Under the pieces are notes generated by a model, which saw nothing but the letters and a program-made list of their open reading frames with translations, made no database searches and had not been told where the DNA came from. From Octopus sinensis (lineage: Eukaryota): DNA of 64,000 nucleotides. Made by a program: the position numbers and the translations under genes. The stretch lies in the NCBI RefSeq assembly GCF_006345805.1, contig NC_042998.1, forward strand, positions 25,234,001 through 25,298,000. Direction: 5' to 3'. Below, in pieces: positions 62,905 to 64,000 of this stretch (position 1 is its first letter; each line of letters starts with the position of its first letter).

Positions 62905-62946
<42 letters not shown>

Positions 62947-63470
62947 GTTTAACGTCCGTTTTCCATGTTAGCATGGGTTGGACAGTTCAACTGGGGTCTG
63001 GGGAGCCAGTAGGCTGTGCCAGGACCAGGCTGATCTGGCAGTGTTTCTACAGCTGGACGCCCTTCCTAACACCAATCACTCCGTGAGTGTAGTGGGTGCT
63101 TTTTACGTGCCACCTGCACAGGTGCCAGACGAGGCTGGCAAACGGCCATGATTGGATGGAGCTTTTTACATGCCACCAGCAAGGGGGCCAGACGAGGCTG
63201 GCAACGGCCACAATCGGATGGTGCTTTTTACATGCCACCGGCACAGAGGCCAGTTGGGGCAAAGCTAGCAACGGCCACGTTCAGAGGGTTCTCTTATGTG
63301 CCACCGGCACTGGTATCACGGCTACAATTTCCATTGTTGTTGATAGATTTCGATTTTGATTTTTGATTTTTACTTGCCTCAACAGGTCTTCACAAGTAGG
63401 GTTTGTGTCACAAGAAGGAAAGGTATGCATAAGTGGGCTGGCTACGTCCCAGGTAGAGGCCACATCTTTA
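62905..63470 (-). mobile_element. Family C element with minisatellite
   Basis: (CAT)n tail, CGTTTAACGTCCG end, repeated TTTTACATGCCACC units. Confidence 0.8.
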
Positions 63471-64000
63471 TCATAAGCATATAGCCTGAATAGAGAGTGG
63501 ACATAACAAGGACAGACAACACAAAACATGGGGTACATATAACGAAAAATAATTATGAAATGGAATATTTACAATGAATGGAATGGAATGGGTTACGAGC
63601 CCCCACCCCCCAAAGCTCGCAGCTTCGTTTTACTGTTCATATATACAATTATAATTATCCGGGGCATTCATCTGTTATGTGCTCCATCAGTTGTTCCAGC
63701 TCCACTATGCTGGGCAAACTGTCATAACGCACATAGAGTCCGGTGCCCACAATAGTGCTCGGGAATACATCTATAATATTCCTATTACATGTTCATTCTA
63801 GCACAGCAGCCTCTTCTGCTCATTTTATCATTGCAACCCAATTAGGGGACTCAAATAAGGTCCTCTTTGGCCCGATAGACACTGGTTAAATATCCTTCAC
63901 ACTATTTTCTTGAAAAAGAAATGGACACATTATTACTGTTAATTTACATTTCACAAACATATGTGCAAGCATGTTCGTATTTGTACTTTTCACCTTCTTT

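Overview
This is AT-rich, repeat-dense eukaryotic DNA. The SINE, MITE and microsatellite landscape matches what I recall of octopus genomes, so the species call is an inference. I found no host protein-coding exon I can defend, and the window looks intronic or intergenic. Most ORFs in the supplied track are translated microsatellites, SINEs or antisense frames. Retroelements: two near-identical 5'-truncated CR1-clade LINE copies in inverted orientation (one keeps an uninterrupted 454-aa reverse-transcriptase ORF), a third older 3' fragment, RTE and R4/Dong-like fragments, and dozens of tRNA-headed SINE copies from about five modular families, labelled A-E here. DNA transposons: piggyBac, mariner, maT, Tigger, hAT and Helitron derivatives. 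The most notable signal is about ten hammerhead-ribozyme-like motifs from several unrelated short elements, often in Penelope-style inverted pseudo-LTR structures or next to (TA)n. These include one with an intact core (35137-35230, minus) and a three-copy family sharing a non-canonical U at core position 6. There is also an unidentified decayed reading frame on the minus strand at about 27.5-33.3 kb. Coordinates were read by eye, and repeat boundaries are approximate unless a target-site duplication (TSD) or terminal inverted repeat (TIR) is quoted.
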